From the NCBI GenBank assembly GCA_951406725.2, contig OX597814.1, forward strand, positions 16,368,001-16,432,000: DNA of 64,000 bases, in the 5' to 3' direction. The translations under genes were made by a program, and so were the position numbers. Of the stretch, positions 41,430-60,904 are shown piece by piece. This stretch comes from Octopus vulgaris. Its lineage: Eukaryota. The notes below the pieces were generated by a model that worked only from the letters and a program-made list of their open reading frames with translations, searched no databases and was not told where the DNA came from. Within the stretch, counting starts at the first letter, position 1, and every line of letters begins with the position of its first letter.

Positions 41430-41848
41430 CTCTTTACTTTCTTTTACTCTTTTACTTGTTTCAGTCATTTGACTGCGGCCATGCTGGAGCACCACCTTTA
41501 GTCGAGCAACTTTACCCCAGGACTTATTCTTTGTAAGCCCAGTACTTATTCTATCGGTCTCATTTGCCGAACCGCTAGGTGACGGGGACGTAAACACAAC
41601 ACCATCGGTTGTCAAGCAATGCTAGGGGGACAAACACTGACACACAAACACATACACACACACACATATATATATATATACATATATACGACAGGCTTCT
41701 TTCAGTTTCCGTCTACCAAATCCACTCACAAGGCATTGGTCGGCCCGGGGCTATACCAGAAGACACTTGCCCAAGATGCCACGCAGTGGGTCTGAACCCG
41801 GAACCATGTGGTTGGTAAACAAGCTACTTACCACACAGCCACTCCTAC
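41430..41848 (-). mobile_element. SINE family A
   Basis: Matches 472-888. Confidence 0.92.
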
Positions 41849-42094
41849 ATTTACATTTTTCAGTAGACAACACGCCATCGACAAAGAAATTGTTTATTGC
41901 TTAGCAAAAGCAGAGATATTCTACATGTATTATTTCTGTGCCAAAACGATCCGTGCCATTGCATTATTTAGAACACTTTTGCTAAAACATCTTACCTCAC
42001 TTGACTCAATCACCTCTCATACATATATGTTGAATATATTGAAAAAAATTATGTAAGTAAACGTTATAAAATTTGTAGGCTCATTGACTAAATA

Positions 42095-42183
<89 letters not shown>

Positions 42184-42198
42184 GTCTGTCTGTCTGTA

Positions 42199-42231
<33 letters not shown>

Positions 42232-42414
42232 ATCTGTCTGTCTCTCTGTCTATTTATCTCTCTGTCTGCCTCTAAGTCTATATATGTATGTATGTATGTA
42301 TGTATCTATCTATCTCATTATCTATCAATCTATCTATTCATCTATTTATCTGTCTGTCTGTCTGCCAGATTGCCTGCAAATCCATGTATGTATGTATGTA
42401 TGTATGTATGTATG

Positions 42415-42458
<44 letters not shown>

Positions 42459-42917
42459 AATCTTTCCCTCTCTCACTCTCTCTCTTTCTCTTTCTCTCTA
42501 TCTCTCTCTTTCCACACACACGCACACACATTAATATCCACATCCTTAACAACAGAGACTCTATGTTAAAAACTGCAGGTGCTGGTAATGATTTTGGCTG
42601 GAAAGCAATCCATTATAAGTTGACTTCATATCATCCATACGCCTAAACTGAAATAACAGTAGCATACAAATTTCAATAAATATAATTTTGATATAGCAAA
42701 AGTATCCGAAATGATTATCAATCCGAACACGACCATACCATCTGAAAGTATTGGCTACCGTGGGCCATTCAATCATTTAATTCCACAATAAATGCCTTCC
42801 TTTTAATTGTCTTGTAATGAGTTCTCTCTATTTAAGAATTAGTTGTACTAAGTGCGTTGTGCTATAATCACACATATACACATTTACGTATTTTGTGCGT
42901 ATGTGTTCATGTTTTTA

Positions 42918-43481
42918 TTTGGTTGTCCGGAAAGTTCGTGCCGATTTATAGTAGCTTACCTTTCGACTTGTTTTAGAACATGGTTGAGTCCATAAAATAG
43001 GATTTGACTACACCTCCATTTAGAGCACGGTTTAAGCTATCTTTTCGTGGAAGAAGGTTTATGTTCCTATAACCTGTGTTAATTATGTAACCATTTAAAA
43101 TGGAAGATAAAGAAAGTTCATTTTCGGCACTTCATGCTTTGGGAACCAGACAAAAATTGCTGCAGCTCGGTTGGGATGTATTATCCCACCTTTCATATTC
43201 ACCAAATATTGCTCCTTCGGATTTCCACTTATTCAGATCTCTGCAGAATAGTCTTAATGATAAAAATTGAATTTCTTGGATGATGTAAAAAGATACCTTG
43301 ATGAATTCTTTGCCATGAAACCACCCTAATTCTGGGATGGGTATTTTCTAGTTAAAGGAAAGATGGAGACGCACTGTGCAATAAAATGGTTCTTATTTGG
43401 TTGATTAAAGATTTAATGGCAAGTATTTATTGACCTTTTGCTTTCCTTTAAAAATCGGCACGAACTTTCCGGACAAGCCAA
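42918..43481 (+). mobile_element. Internally deleted mariner
   Basis: TIRs ttgtccggaaagttcgtgccgattt / aaatcggcacgaactttccggacaa with TA flanks; LGWDVLSHLSYSPNIAPSDFHLFRSLQNSL. Confidence 0.92.
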
Positions 43482-43720
43482 TATTTATGCATTCATATTT
43501 GTGAGCTTGTTCTGTCATGTACATATATAGAAAATCTGATATACACTGATGTACGCAATGATGTACAGTAGAAAACAAGAGAATTTGAAACCAAAGGTTA
43601 CAAAGTAAGTTTTGCTGACATATATATTGGTAATCACATCGGTATAAATAGATAGACAGACACGCAGACAGATAGACCGTCAGACATACATACAGACAGA
43701 CAGAAAGACAGACAGATAGG

Positions 43721-43778
<58 letters not shown>

Positions 43779-43792
43779 CATGCATACATACA

Positions 43793-43828
<36 letters not shown>

Positions 43829-43872
43829 TAGATAGATATATAGATAGATAGATAGATAGATATATAGATAGG

Positions 43873-43946
<74 letters not shown>

Positions 43947-44880
43947 TGGTTACACGTACATAAAACATAATTGTGCACATATAGAAATAAATATGTACTT
44001 AATATATACATACACATGGCGCGAGATACATGTATTTGTATGTATACATATATAGGCGACTGTGTGTGTAAGTGAGTATGTGTGAACTTACACTCGTGTG
44101 TGTATTGCAGAATATTCCGAACGTAGCTCGCAACGCACATAGAAGTGACACAGAGTTTGAAGTTCGTGTGATGGTTCGCTGATCACACTGATGGCAATTG
44201 TTACCCTGGGGACTTACAGCTCAGCGCCTCTATTACCAATTGCTTGAATACAAATTACATAATTACACAGTCGGAGGCGCCATGATTCAGTCAGTACCGA
44301 TGGAAGTGACAAGGTAGAAAAGGCAGGACCACACAAGATCGTGGTTTGTTGTCGCCATGTTTTGTTCATTTTGTCGAATAATTCACAATTCCGCAGATTA
44401 TCCGCGGCCAACATTTTAAATTTGAAGTTCCAGTGAATATATATATATATATATATATGAAACATGCCCATATATATATATATATATGCAAACACAAGCA
44501 AAAATGTCTATGTACATATGTATGGTTGATTGCATATGCGTAGATATATATATACGCATTATAAACACACACATATATGTAGGTATGTTTATGGATGCGT
44601 GTCTACATAGGTATCCATACAGAGAGAGACATACAGGCGAATACTTAAATGCATATATGCAGTCATGCATTCAAATATATATATATACTTACATTTTTGA
44701 ACAATGGTAAAATCAGGAACTCACCTTGTGTTATGTAGAGTGACTTAAGAACTAAGAGATTATGAGTCAGAAACAAAGACGGTCATGTACGGTGAAGCTT
44801 TTTAAACATGTACTAAAGCAAGTGAAATTATATAAATGTTCCTCCACCACAATTATACACATACATGGATACATATATAT

Positions 44881-44956
<76 letters not shown>

Positions 44957-44976
44957 TTCGAGACAAAACCACTATT

Positions 44977-45029
<53 letters not shown>

Positions 45030-45030
<1 letters not shown>

Positions 45031-45094
45031 CAAGATTAATCAGCCGAAATTGCGAAGATGATCTGGTTCTTGACTGATGACTGAGGGCTTCGAA
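45030..45094 (+). ncRNA. Partial permuted-hammerhead motif beginning at the predicted cleavage site
   Basis: tcaaga..cagcc GAAA ttgcg..atctgg t tcttga CTGATGA; same layout as 20118-20210 but sequence 5' of stem I is replaced by (TA)n. Confidence 0.45.
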
Positions 45095-45361
45095 TGTCCC
45101 TTCCTGTGGTTCTTGTTTCGTCTCCTAGGTGTTTCACGTTCTTGTCCCAGTTTGTATATATTTTTTACTTTTTACATATATATATACATACATATATATA
45201 TAGCTCGCCACCTAGCTAGATAGATAGATGATATGTAAATGTATGTATGTCTACATATATTTACGTGTGTACATATATATTTACAGTTCTATGTATGTAT
45301 CTATATATTACTATGAAATGCTCGAGTTTTGAACAATTTTATCATTATTTGTAACCAATCA

Positions 45362-45590
45362 CCTGGCAGAATCGATAGCAGGCAGGGGGAAATGTTTAGC
45401 GGCATTTCGTTCGTATTCACATTCTGAGTTCAAATTCCACCGAGATCGACTTTGCCTTTCATCCTTTCGGGGTCGATAAAATAAGTACGAGCTGAATGTT
45501 GTAGTCGATGTAATCGACTATCTCCTTCAGCAATTTTTTTAAACGACGGTGCATCAGCATGGCCGCTGCTCTGTGCTGAGACTAGAGACC
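45362..45590 (+). mobile_element. SINE family B with a family A/CR1-type tail
   Basis: B core followed by acggtgcatcagcatggccgctgc..ctgagac. Confidence 0.75.
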
Positions 45591-46071
45591 TATTAGCATC
45601 ATGAAATTGGCTCAAAGAAACGTATTATATATCTTACTATTCATTTACGTCAACCAGGTTAGAACGTGTTCTCCTATTGAACATACATAGAAATTCATAT
45701 ATTTCACACGCATAGAAATATACACATATATATGTACTTGCAACCATAACTTATGGTGTTCTAATGGTGTTCATCAGAAATTTCGTATTCACTGATGTTC
45801 GGGAGAATTAAAAATTATTTCCGAGAACAAAAAATAAACAACACGCCACGTGACGTCTGGTATGCTGCACTCAAAAATCTGGAATTTGGAACAATTACTT
45901 ATAGAAATTCGTCGTTAAAATGTATTCGAAATATAACTCATATAAGGAGAAAAGAACATAAATGTACTACTCAAAATATTCGCTCAACTTTCTAGAAATG
46001 ACAATTAGATATCCCTCATGTGATATCTAGTGTTCAAGCATCTGAAGTATTTTTATATTTCATGTTTAAAA

Positions 46072-46265
46072 ATTCTTTCTACTAAAGGCACAAGGCCTGA
46101 AATTTGAGACGGAGGGACTAGTCGATTACAACGACACCTGTGTTTTACTGGTACTTAATTTATCGACTCCGAAGGGATGAAAGGCAAAGTCGACCTCGAC
46201 TCAGAACGTAGCGACGGGCGAAACACTGCTAAGCATTTCGTCCGACGTGCTAACGATTTTGCCTT
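46072..46265 (-). mobile_element. SINE family B variant
   Basis: Reverse complement of the B core. Confidence 0.8.
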
Positions 46266-47964
46266 ATTTCATGCTTAAAAATAACAGGTTGCATCTCGAA
46301 AATAAATAAATTCTGAATAACTCTACTTTGTGCACCATATAAATTAATAAAGCATGTTTCTGTATATTTCCTTAATTAATCATTTATTGGTAGCTTTAGT
46401 TTGGATAAACGTCACTGACAAATAGTAAACATTGAAAAACCATCACTGGCATGTTCAAAATGGAACCACCAAGGTTTGAATGTTATCACACGCATCGAAA
46501 GTGAGCACTTTCCTGACGTTCTTTGAAAAGATGGTAAAGTGCTATAACAGTCTATACAAGTCGCTGATCCCGACCAAATATTTATAGACACATGAGAAAT
46601 AACCCAACTCGAATATTTTTGCAATGCACAGGTAGGTGTGCACGAAGAGAGACTATCTGTCAAAGGGCAGTATATACAGCATGTATGGAATAACTGGACC
46701 GCATATAATTGATTCAAACTGATTTAACCTAAATCACTCTTAAATCCAGATTCACACTGCAGATATATTGGTTCAGAAATAAATTATTGTGCAACTCTTG
46801 TGAAATGTATTCTGTTTTGAATGACAAAGGTGGGAAATAAAAAACGGAAAGAGCTCGATTAGAGTAGTAAAAGCACACATATCCAATGATATGTTGTCGT
46901 CTCTACACTGTCAGAAACCAAGGGCAGAATCCTTAATTTCCATTTGATTGTGTCATGAAGACAAGAGATTATATCTTACGATATAAATGAATGGAATTAA
47001 AATTCCCAAAACTTCAACGCATCTCTGTAGCATAGGAATTCGAAGTACACCAGATTAGCTTATCCAGAATGCATAGTCGGTAATGAGTAACATAAGACTT
47101 GACCGCTAAGAACTAACCGAAATAACGATAAATACTAACACCATAATCACAAGCGGTGAGAGGCACAGCTTATTTGCTGAGGGTGAGTGGACTTCAGTAG
47201 GACGTGAATGTGGATGAAGTGAGAAGGTTGTGTGGTAGAAGATGAAATAAAGGAAACAGAGAAGAAAACGGTGAAGTAGGTGAAAGTGTAGAAGTAGAAT
47301 TTAAAACAAAGTCGATAAAAAATGGTAACAAAAGGAAGGGGTTTGATGTCTGAAAAGCAAATTAGCATGATATAATGTTGGTATAAATACATACATAATT
47401 GCAAACATATATACAGGCATAAAAATATGAACACGTCGGTATGTGTGTTTGCGCGTGTGTGTATGTTTGGCGATGCAAACAGGAAAAATAGAACTCAGAA
47501 CACGCAAACACACACACATATATTTATGAAAAATTACTTGGACTTTGGGTATCTGTCTATTAGTATGCCGATTAAAGCACCTTCACCGTTTGGGCTGCCT
47601 GATGTCATGCACAGTAACCACATAATTTTCACGAAATCTACGTCAGGAATTCCTCAGTGTCCGTTTGGTTTATAATTGATGAGGGAAACGGAAAATAGAT
47701 TTTATATGATTCTGTGTACCCACATACTACGAGAGAGTACAACACACCTGCAAGGACTCAGTATATGTAGTAGTGTATCTGTTATACTAAAGATCTGAGG
47801 AGACACAGAGTGCACTAATTGATACAACACAGCTAAATGCACAGTATCCTACTCGCACGGGATAGCTGCAGGATCGAAACGATCGTAGTGTTAAACAAAT
47901 ATTCGTACGAAATCCATTATTTCATTTCCTTCATCAGTTGTGTGTGTATGTGTGTGTGGGTACA

Positions 47965-48420
47965 CACATACATGGTTGTGAGGTAAGAAATTTGATTCCC
48001 AACCACATGGTTCCAGGTTCAATTTCGGGGTACCAGGTACCAATTTCGGGGTACCAACCACATGGTTCCAGGTTCAATTTCGAGGTACCTTCTACTATTG
48101 GCTCGGGCCAAATAAATCCTATGAGTGGATTTGGTAGATTAAAAATGGATAAGTTCATTCTATGCATACCTGTGTGTGCACTTGTGCATGTATCTATGTG
48201 TCTCTGTTTGTCACTCGACCACAAAAAGCAACCGTTTGGGAACCGGTGTCGGTGTGTTTCTGTTCTTGCAACTTAGTAGTTCGGCAAATGATAACAATAC
48301 AACAAGTGTCAGGCTTAAAATATATATAATAATTTATGTCATTGGAGTAAAATTCCTCAAGGCAGTGCCCCCAGCATGGCCGCAGTCTAATGAGTGAAAC
48401 AAGTAATATGTAAAAGAAAG
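47965..48420 (+). mobile_element. Degenerate SINE family A with local duplications in the head
   Basis: aaccacatggttccaggttcaatttcg occurs twice; tail ggcagtgccccagcatggccgcagtctaatgagtgaaac. Confidence 0.8.
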
Positions 48421-49084
48421 ATAGAAGATATATCACTTACAACTTTTTTCTGACATTATAACTTATCTGTTTACTTTATTCCACTTGATTTTATCGACTT
48501 TATAATCTCTGTATTTGTAACTGTATACATGTAGGGCATTTTGTGAGCAAGATTCACGACAGAATACACCATATTTCTGAGAGTTTTAATGTATTAAAAA
48601 TGTAGCACAATATAGAGTTATGTAATATAGAAGACTATCATTTTATCAATATAAACATTCGTTGAACACAAAAGAAACTGATGTCAATTAAGAATAGTCA
48701 TTGGGAGCCAGTTATGCTTTATATAATTTGTAGGCTCCCTGCATAGTATATATTCTATACAGAAATTAGATGTATGCATTAAAAAAATATTTCGACATTT
48801 CCATTTAACAAACATAAGCATGCACATATACATATCTACAAATGAAAAGTCAGACACATACATGAGGGCCAGACATGCGTAAATACGCACTCATACCAAA
48901 AAGATAGGTACAATTCATTCATTATCGAATTACAATAGTCCTTTTCAGGTAATTTAGATATAAATGGACTCAGACGCCAGTTATTTCCGTAAATGACACC
49001 TTAACGCCGTACATGTTTAAGTTTCAACATGAGGGTTAAGTAACGGTCCAATATCAAACATACAACTAAGATATATAAGCATGT

Positions 49085-54830
<5,746 letters not shown>

Positions 54831-55416
54831 AAACGACAGAGTAACGTCACTGGATGTTTAGTGTTATTTTCGATAGTTGACAATGCTGAAGCACAGAATT
54901 CAATGCTATATACTTTCGTGCTGCCTCTGCAATTGGCACAGTTTGAAGAAAATGGTTTTTAAAGTTGATTTCGCACTTCTAAGGTCTTAGGATTGGTTTC
55001 ATTAGTGGCATTATAATTTCCTATAGTTTATTGCCGACCCTCACCTTGTAATCGAAAATGGATAGAAAGTGCATCAGACGGTTTCTACCTCTAATTCAAG
55101 GATCTATTCTTGTGAGTTTCGTTTCGACCTAGGATTATGTTAAGGGTACAAATATGTAAATACCCTGCTCTTTCATTTACCAAACAACTGAAAGCTCAGC
55201 GGTAGAATTTCCAAGTGAGCACCATTATTCGTATTATTTTCTTAGCAAACCCGTTAGCACACTGGTCAAGATGCTTAGTCACATTTCCTCCGTCTTTGCG
55301 TCCTGAGGTCGACTTTGCCTTTCATCATTTTCTGGCCCAATAAAATACGTATCTGACAAGAACTTGTCATCCCACCTCAAGAACTACTGACCACAAGCCG
55401 AAATTTCATTACGTAA

Positions 55417-55454
55417 CTAGCAAAGATACCCGGCGTTGCTCGGATTAAAACGGC

Positions 55455-55492
<38 letters not shown>

Positions 55493-55930
55493 TTACATTC
55501 ATGTTGAATCATGAAGTGCTGCAGCATGCTTTGCTAATTTTGCGTAAGTTTCATCTCCCTTCTCTTTTGAGACTCCATCTGACTTGATACAACATGCCTT
55601 TGTTGATCTTGAGAAAGTCTCCTCTCCTTTCTGTCTTGAGACTCGGTTTGATGTACTGCAGCATGCGTTTGATGCTCTTGAGAAAGTCTCATCTCCCTTA
55701 TCTCTCGAGACTGTATTTCACTTGCTGCAGCATGCGTTTAGTGAATTTATGAAAGTGTCATTCCCCTCCTGTATTGAGATTCCATCTGACGTGCTCCAGC
55801 ATGCCTTTGCTGATGTGGAGAAAGTCTCTCGTCACTTATCACTTGAGAGTCTTGCTTTTGGTTTTCTGCATCCCTCCTTGCGTTCTAGGTGTTTCTGGAG
55901 ATATTACGTTTTTACTTTTGTAGCATTTAA
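55417..55930 (-). mobile_element. Helitron derivative: 3' hairpin/CTAG end plus N-terminal ~66-bp coding repeats
   Basis: Minus-strand end ccgagcaacgccggg..CTAG|T is the same as the 17655 Helitron; repeats translate as ESQ..R..RLS..Q.RHAxAR (STPR-like) after an M..K.KRNISR start, with stops. Confidence 0.75.
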
Positions 55931-55961
55931 AAAAATTTTAAACTCATAATTATGTATGTAG

Positions 55962-56338
55962 GGAGGCGCAATGGCCCAGTGGTTAGGGCAGCGGACTCGC
56001 GGTCGTAGGATCGCGGTTTCGATTCCCAGACCGGGCGTTGTTAGTGTTTATTGAGCGAAAATACCTAAAGACCCACGAGGCTCCGGCAGGGATGGTGGTG
56101 ATCCCTGCTGTACTCTTTCACCACAACTTTCTCTCACTCTTACTTCCTGTTTCTGTTGTACCTGTATTTCAAAAGGGCCGGCCTTGTCACACTCCGTGTC
56201 ACGCTGAATCTCCCCGAGAACTACGTTAAGGGTACACGTGTCTGTGGAGTGCTCAGCCAATTACACATTAATTTCACGAGCAGGCTGTTCCGTTGATCGG
56301 ATCAACCGGAAACCTCGTCGTCGTAACCGACGGAGTGC
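55962..56338 (+). mobile_element. SINE family C
   Basis: Near-identical to 10655-11030. Confidence 0.92.
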
Positions 56339-57253
56339 TTCCATCCATATGTACGTAGAAAAAAATATACATTAATCTCTACTTTTGTAAGCAGGTGTAT
56401 GTATGTAGTATGTTTATATTTTAGTATGCTGTGTAAAGTAACCAAATATAAGCAAATTGTAAATACCTTGCAACCTTGCAACTGCTGTGATAAATATGAA
56501 CAGTTAATGGAACGGTAGATGTACATTTTTATATAACCTGGACCTTACACGTAAGGGTTTTTTGTCAAGAGTTTTTGTAGTTGTATGTGTGTGTTTACTA
56601 ACGTAGGTAACGAGCGGGCAAGCACACACACACACACACTAACAGATACATACACATTCATGTAAAAATATGTGACGATAGGCACACATACACTCTCACA
56701 TACAGACAGATGCATATAGTAAGAAGGACACATGCAAACATATATTCACGAATGTCAGTCGTCACAGGTGTATATGTATGTATAGATGTGAGTGTATCTT
56801 TAATAACGTGCCTAACGCGGGAACACACACAGTGGGAGAGACATACACTCACATACACTTATGCACATACACTCAGAGATTATTTCACACTCATATATGT
56901 GACGTCGTCAATTAGGTTTGAAATGTCCTTTACTATCTCGTACACATCGAACGTTCAAACACACGTCAAAAGTGAACGAATGAAAGTGACGCAATATAAC
57001 ACAGCAGTTTTCGATAGAGGGAGAAATGTAAATAGTATAGAAAATTTTAAATAAGTAAAGTAACATTGTAGGAAGGCCGTACAATTAGCGTGAAGACAAA
57101 GATATTCACGCACGACAAAATTGAAATAGACTGAAGTCAATTTTCGGAAAGAGAGAGGGAGAGAGAGAGAGAGCGAGAGAGAGAGAGAGAGAGAGAGAGA
57201 AATAAAGAAACAGATATCTATATGTGAAGGTGAGAAAAAGAAAAAGAGATAAA

Positions 57254-57284
<31 letters not shown>

Positions 57285-57669
57285 AGAGAGAAGAGAGGGA
57301 ATCGCTTGAAAACTGCACAAGTCAAAGGGAGAGAATCGGTTGAAAACTGCATAGTTTTGAAGAAAAACCAATGTGAAAAACGTTTTTTCACGGTCGATTT
57401 GTTGCATTAGGTGGGAGCTCTGGGCAAAATGTTATAGTGCATGACAATCCGTGGCACATAAGTAATATATGTGTGTGTGTGTAAAGTTTTGTGGAAATCA
57501 GTTGAAAACCACAGAAATGCATATGTATTGCACAAACAGACACAAACACACACATCCTTTGTTTTACATATATATATTTTGAATTGCGTAGTTTGTTTGC
57601 TTTTGAATTTTTATGCTTAGAAGTCATATATCACCGAGTCGTTTCAGACGTTAATAGTTACTTATAGTA

Positions 57670-58645
57670 CTAGTTTCAAATTACAAATTGTCACAAAGCC
57701 TGTGATTTGGGGGAGAGGATAGGTTGATTACATTGACCCCAGTACTAAACTGGTACATATTTTATCGACCAGGATGAAAAGCCGCTAATCGTTTTCCAGG
57801 CGTACTAACGACTCAGCCAGCTTGCCGCTTTAACAGCTTATAATATTCCTTGTTCAATAAGGCGGCGAGCTGGCAGATACTTTAGCACGCCGGGCGAAAT
57901 GCTTAGCGGAACTACGTTCAGAGTTCAAATTCCTCCGAGGTCGACTTTGCCTTTCATCCTTTCGGGGTCGATTAAATAAGTACCAGTTACGCACTGGGTT
58001 CGATATAATCGATTTAATCCATTTGTCTGTCCTTGTTTGCCCTCTCTCTGTTTAGTCGCTTGTGGGTAGTAAAGAAATAGGTATTTCGTCTGTCTTTATG
58101 CTTTGAATTCAAATTCTTCTGAGGTCGATTTTGCCTTTCGTCCTTTCTGGGTTGATAACTTAAGTACCATTTCCGTACTGGGGTCAATCTAATCGACTGG
58201 TCCCCCCACCCCCAAAAGAAACTTTTCTGGCTTTTTGCTTTGAGTAGGAAAGAAAAGAATATTCCCTGTTCAGTCCATAGTGGAAACTACAATATAATAT
58301 ATGCAGAAATGTTTTCGGATTGGACTTCAGTTTGATTGGTCAGCAGTTATCTTTTCTCTTCTCTCTTTCACTTGTTTCAATCATTTGACTGTGGACATGC
58401 TGGGGCACCGCCACGAACGATTTTTTATGCAATGATTCAAGAACTATTCTTATCCTTTTACGGCGAGCTGGCGAGATCGTTAGCGTGACGGGTGTCTGTC
58501 CCTACATTCTGAGTTCAAATTCCGCCGAGGAAAGCTTTGCTTTCAACTTTCCACGCTCGATAAAATACGTACCAGTTGAACTCTGGGGTCGATGTAGTCA
58601 ACTTGTCCCCTCCCCAAAATGGCTGTTCTTGTGCCAAAATTCGAA
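57670..58645. mobile_element. Cluster of SINE family B copies (57670-57830 minus; dimeric 57859-58240 plus; 58461-58645 plus) with a family A tail fragment
   Basis: Repeated B-core motifs in both orientations. Confidence 0.8.
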
Positions 58646-60904
58646 TTCATTATTTTACTTAAATATGTATTGTGTGTGTAAATACGACGGGCTTCTTTTA
58701 GTTTCCGTCTGCCAGATCTACTCCCAAGTCTTTCGATTCGAGACTATAGTGGTAGGCAATTGCACAAGAGATCACACAATGGGATTGAATCCGGAACCAT
58801 GTGATTCATACAGTTAGCATTTCCTATGCTCAACCAATATAACATAGACTTCTGTGTCAAAAATGAATTGTATGTCGGTTTTTTGGTTTGTCATTCTTCT
58901 CCTTGTTATTTTCTTTGTTGTACATTATTCTATGAAACCCGATATCCTTCATATAACACATTTATATTAGTATATTTATCTAGGTAAAGTACTAATTGCT
59001 ATAAGACGGTTTCTTTAAGAATAGTAAAGTTTTCTTTTGTCATTCCTTTGTTGCCTATTTAATTAAAAAATTTTGCGCTTCTGAGGAAGCCTAAGGAGGC
59101 AGAAATAAGCATCTAGCATTCTAAATGTTCATATGCTACGTCTGTTTTTAAGGTTAAGACGTGAATGAGAGATATTGCTTCAGGAAGACTGCCACACTAA
59201 GTTTGCTTTTTCACAATGTATTTACATAAAGCAAGGTTTGTGTACTTCAATATTTTGAGTTTGGATCCCTTTCTCATGCAGTCTTCAGAGAAATGGCCTC
59301 ATGATGTTATAGTTCTGTTCATCTGATCTTTAGGGCATGTGCCTGCGCGGACGTGCGTGCGCGTATGCGTTTGTATACATGTGTTTCTGTGTGATACAGT
59401 TTAGGTTATATATTTGTCTTAGTGTGTTTTTATCAATACAATATCACTTATCATTAAAGAGGTTGTTTTTCATTTCTTTGCATGTAACTTCAGATCTTCA
59501 GATAATGTAACTTCAGATAATGTAACTTCAGATCTTCAGATTTGAACCATTCATCAGTTTCTTTAGCAGATACTATACTAGCTGATGTTTCTATTGGGAA
59601 GTACCCATTCCTTGTTCTTGGCAATAATACCTAATGGATGAAACTTGATGCGCTCTCAGTATGGATTGCCTTATCCACGGGATGGGGGAGTCGGGTAGCT
59701 CACTAACATGTTTTTATTCGGTTGGACAAGCCACACCAAATGGAGCGCAATTATTTCCATATCCTTCATACTGATATTTAGTCGGTTCTCTGTTTTCTCC
59801 TTGTCTATATATGTTTGGATATCTCATAGAAACATACTATTTTCATATCAACAGTGGTCTCACGTTTATACCTTTTAATTTCTGCTCTGGCTTTACTTTC
59901 GTCGCATATTTTCCATAGGTGTAGATGTCAGCGCTAACATATTTTATTCCGTACTAGAACGCTGCCAGTATGCAGCAGCGACGTAATAAGAAATCATCGA
60001 ACCGGCTACTCATGCAATGTTTCAGTTTGACGTAGTTGTTTAAGATATTTGTTTCATGACACAGAATTGAGAACCAGGTTCTGAACTGCATTTATAAAAC
60101 TTTACCCATTCTTTAAAACTGAGAATTGAAGTCGGAAGTAATTTTGTGGCTTGTTGCAAACCGCGCTTTACTTACATGGGAGATATACGTAGAAAGGTTT
60201 CGGAACTTATTTTATGTTCACCTTCTCAATTTCTGTTTCCATTTCTTATTTTCATTTCATGAACTTACTATTTAATTCAGTTCAAAAATTTTGTTGAAAA
60301 ATACTCATATATGCAAAACTGTATTTCATATGAATTATTTGATATGCTTCAAGAATATCTGGATTCTCCAAGGTTTGGTTTCCATCTAATGCATTAGCGC
60401 TTCGTTTGTGATATTAATATTATCGTTGCCATGAATTAGAAGTTTTTCTCATTAGAAATTTTTCTAATTAACTTTGAATATCATTGGCTGACTGTTTTAT
60501 TCCCGATTTAAGTTGCCACTAATTTTAGTTATTAATCATCCCTGTGGACTATTTTTTCTTTTGAAATAAGATCTCTTTTACATTTCCTGGTTTTTGTACA
60601 GAGGGTTACGCTTCCCGCACTCGTCACAGGACCAAATGCTGCTTATGTTATTTTATTTCAGGTGATTACGTGAATTTTATTTATTTGTTCTGTAATTATC
60701 TCTAATGTTAGATTATTCTATAAGATTTCGGCTTTTAATTTTGCATGTGACTATAGTACTCTTTTTGCAAATTTTTTGTATATGTTTTCACTTCTTCAAA
60801 TACATTCCTTTCAGTCATATATACTAAGTCTTACATTTATTATTTTTCGAGAGCTGTAATCGTTCTACCTTTTCACTATACTACAATGAACGATAGCAGA
60901 GCTT

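Noticed and set aside
55515-55850. Regularly spaced cagcatgc repeats resembling a CRISPR array
   Set aside because: Whole 66-bp units are homologous, with no unique spacers; the context is a eukaryotic Helitron and there are no cas genes
59087-59110. ctgagga agcct-aagg-aggca gaaa taagc hammerhead-like stretch
   Set aside because: No stem III and no closing 10.1-11.1 pair; it cannot be distinguished from chance
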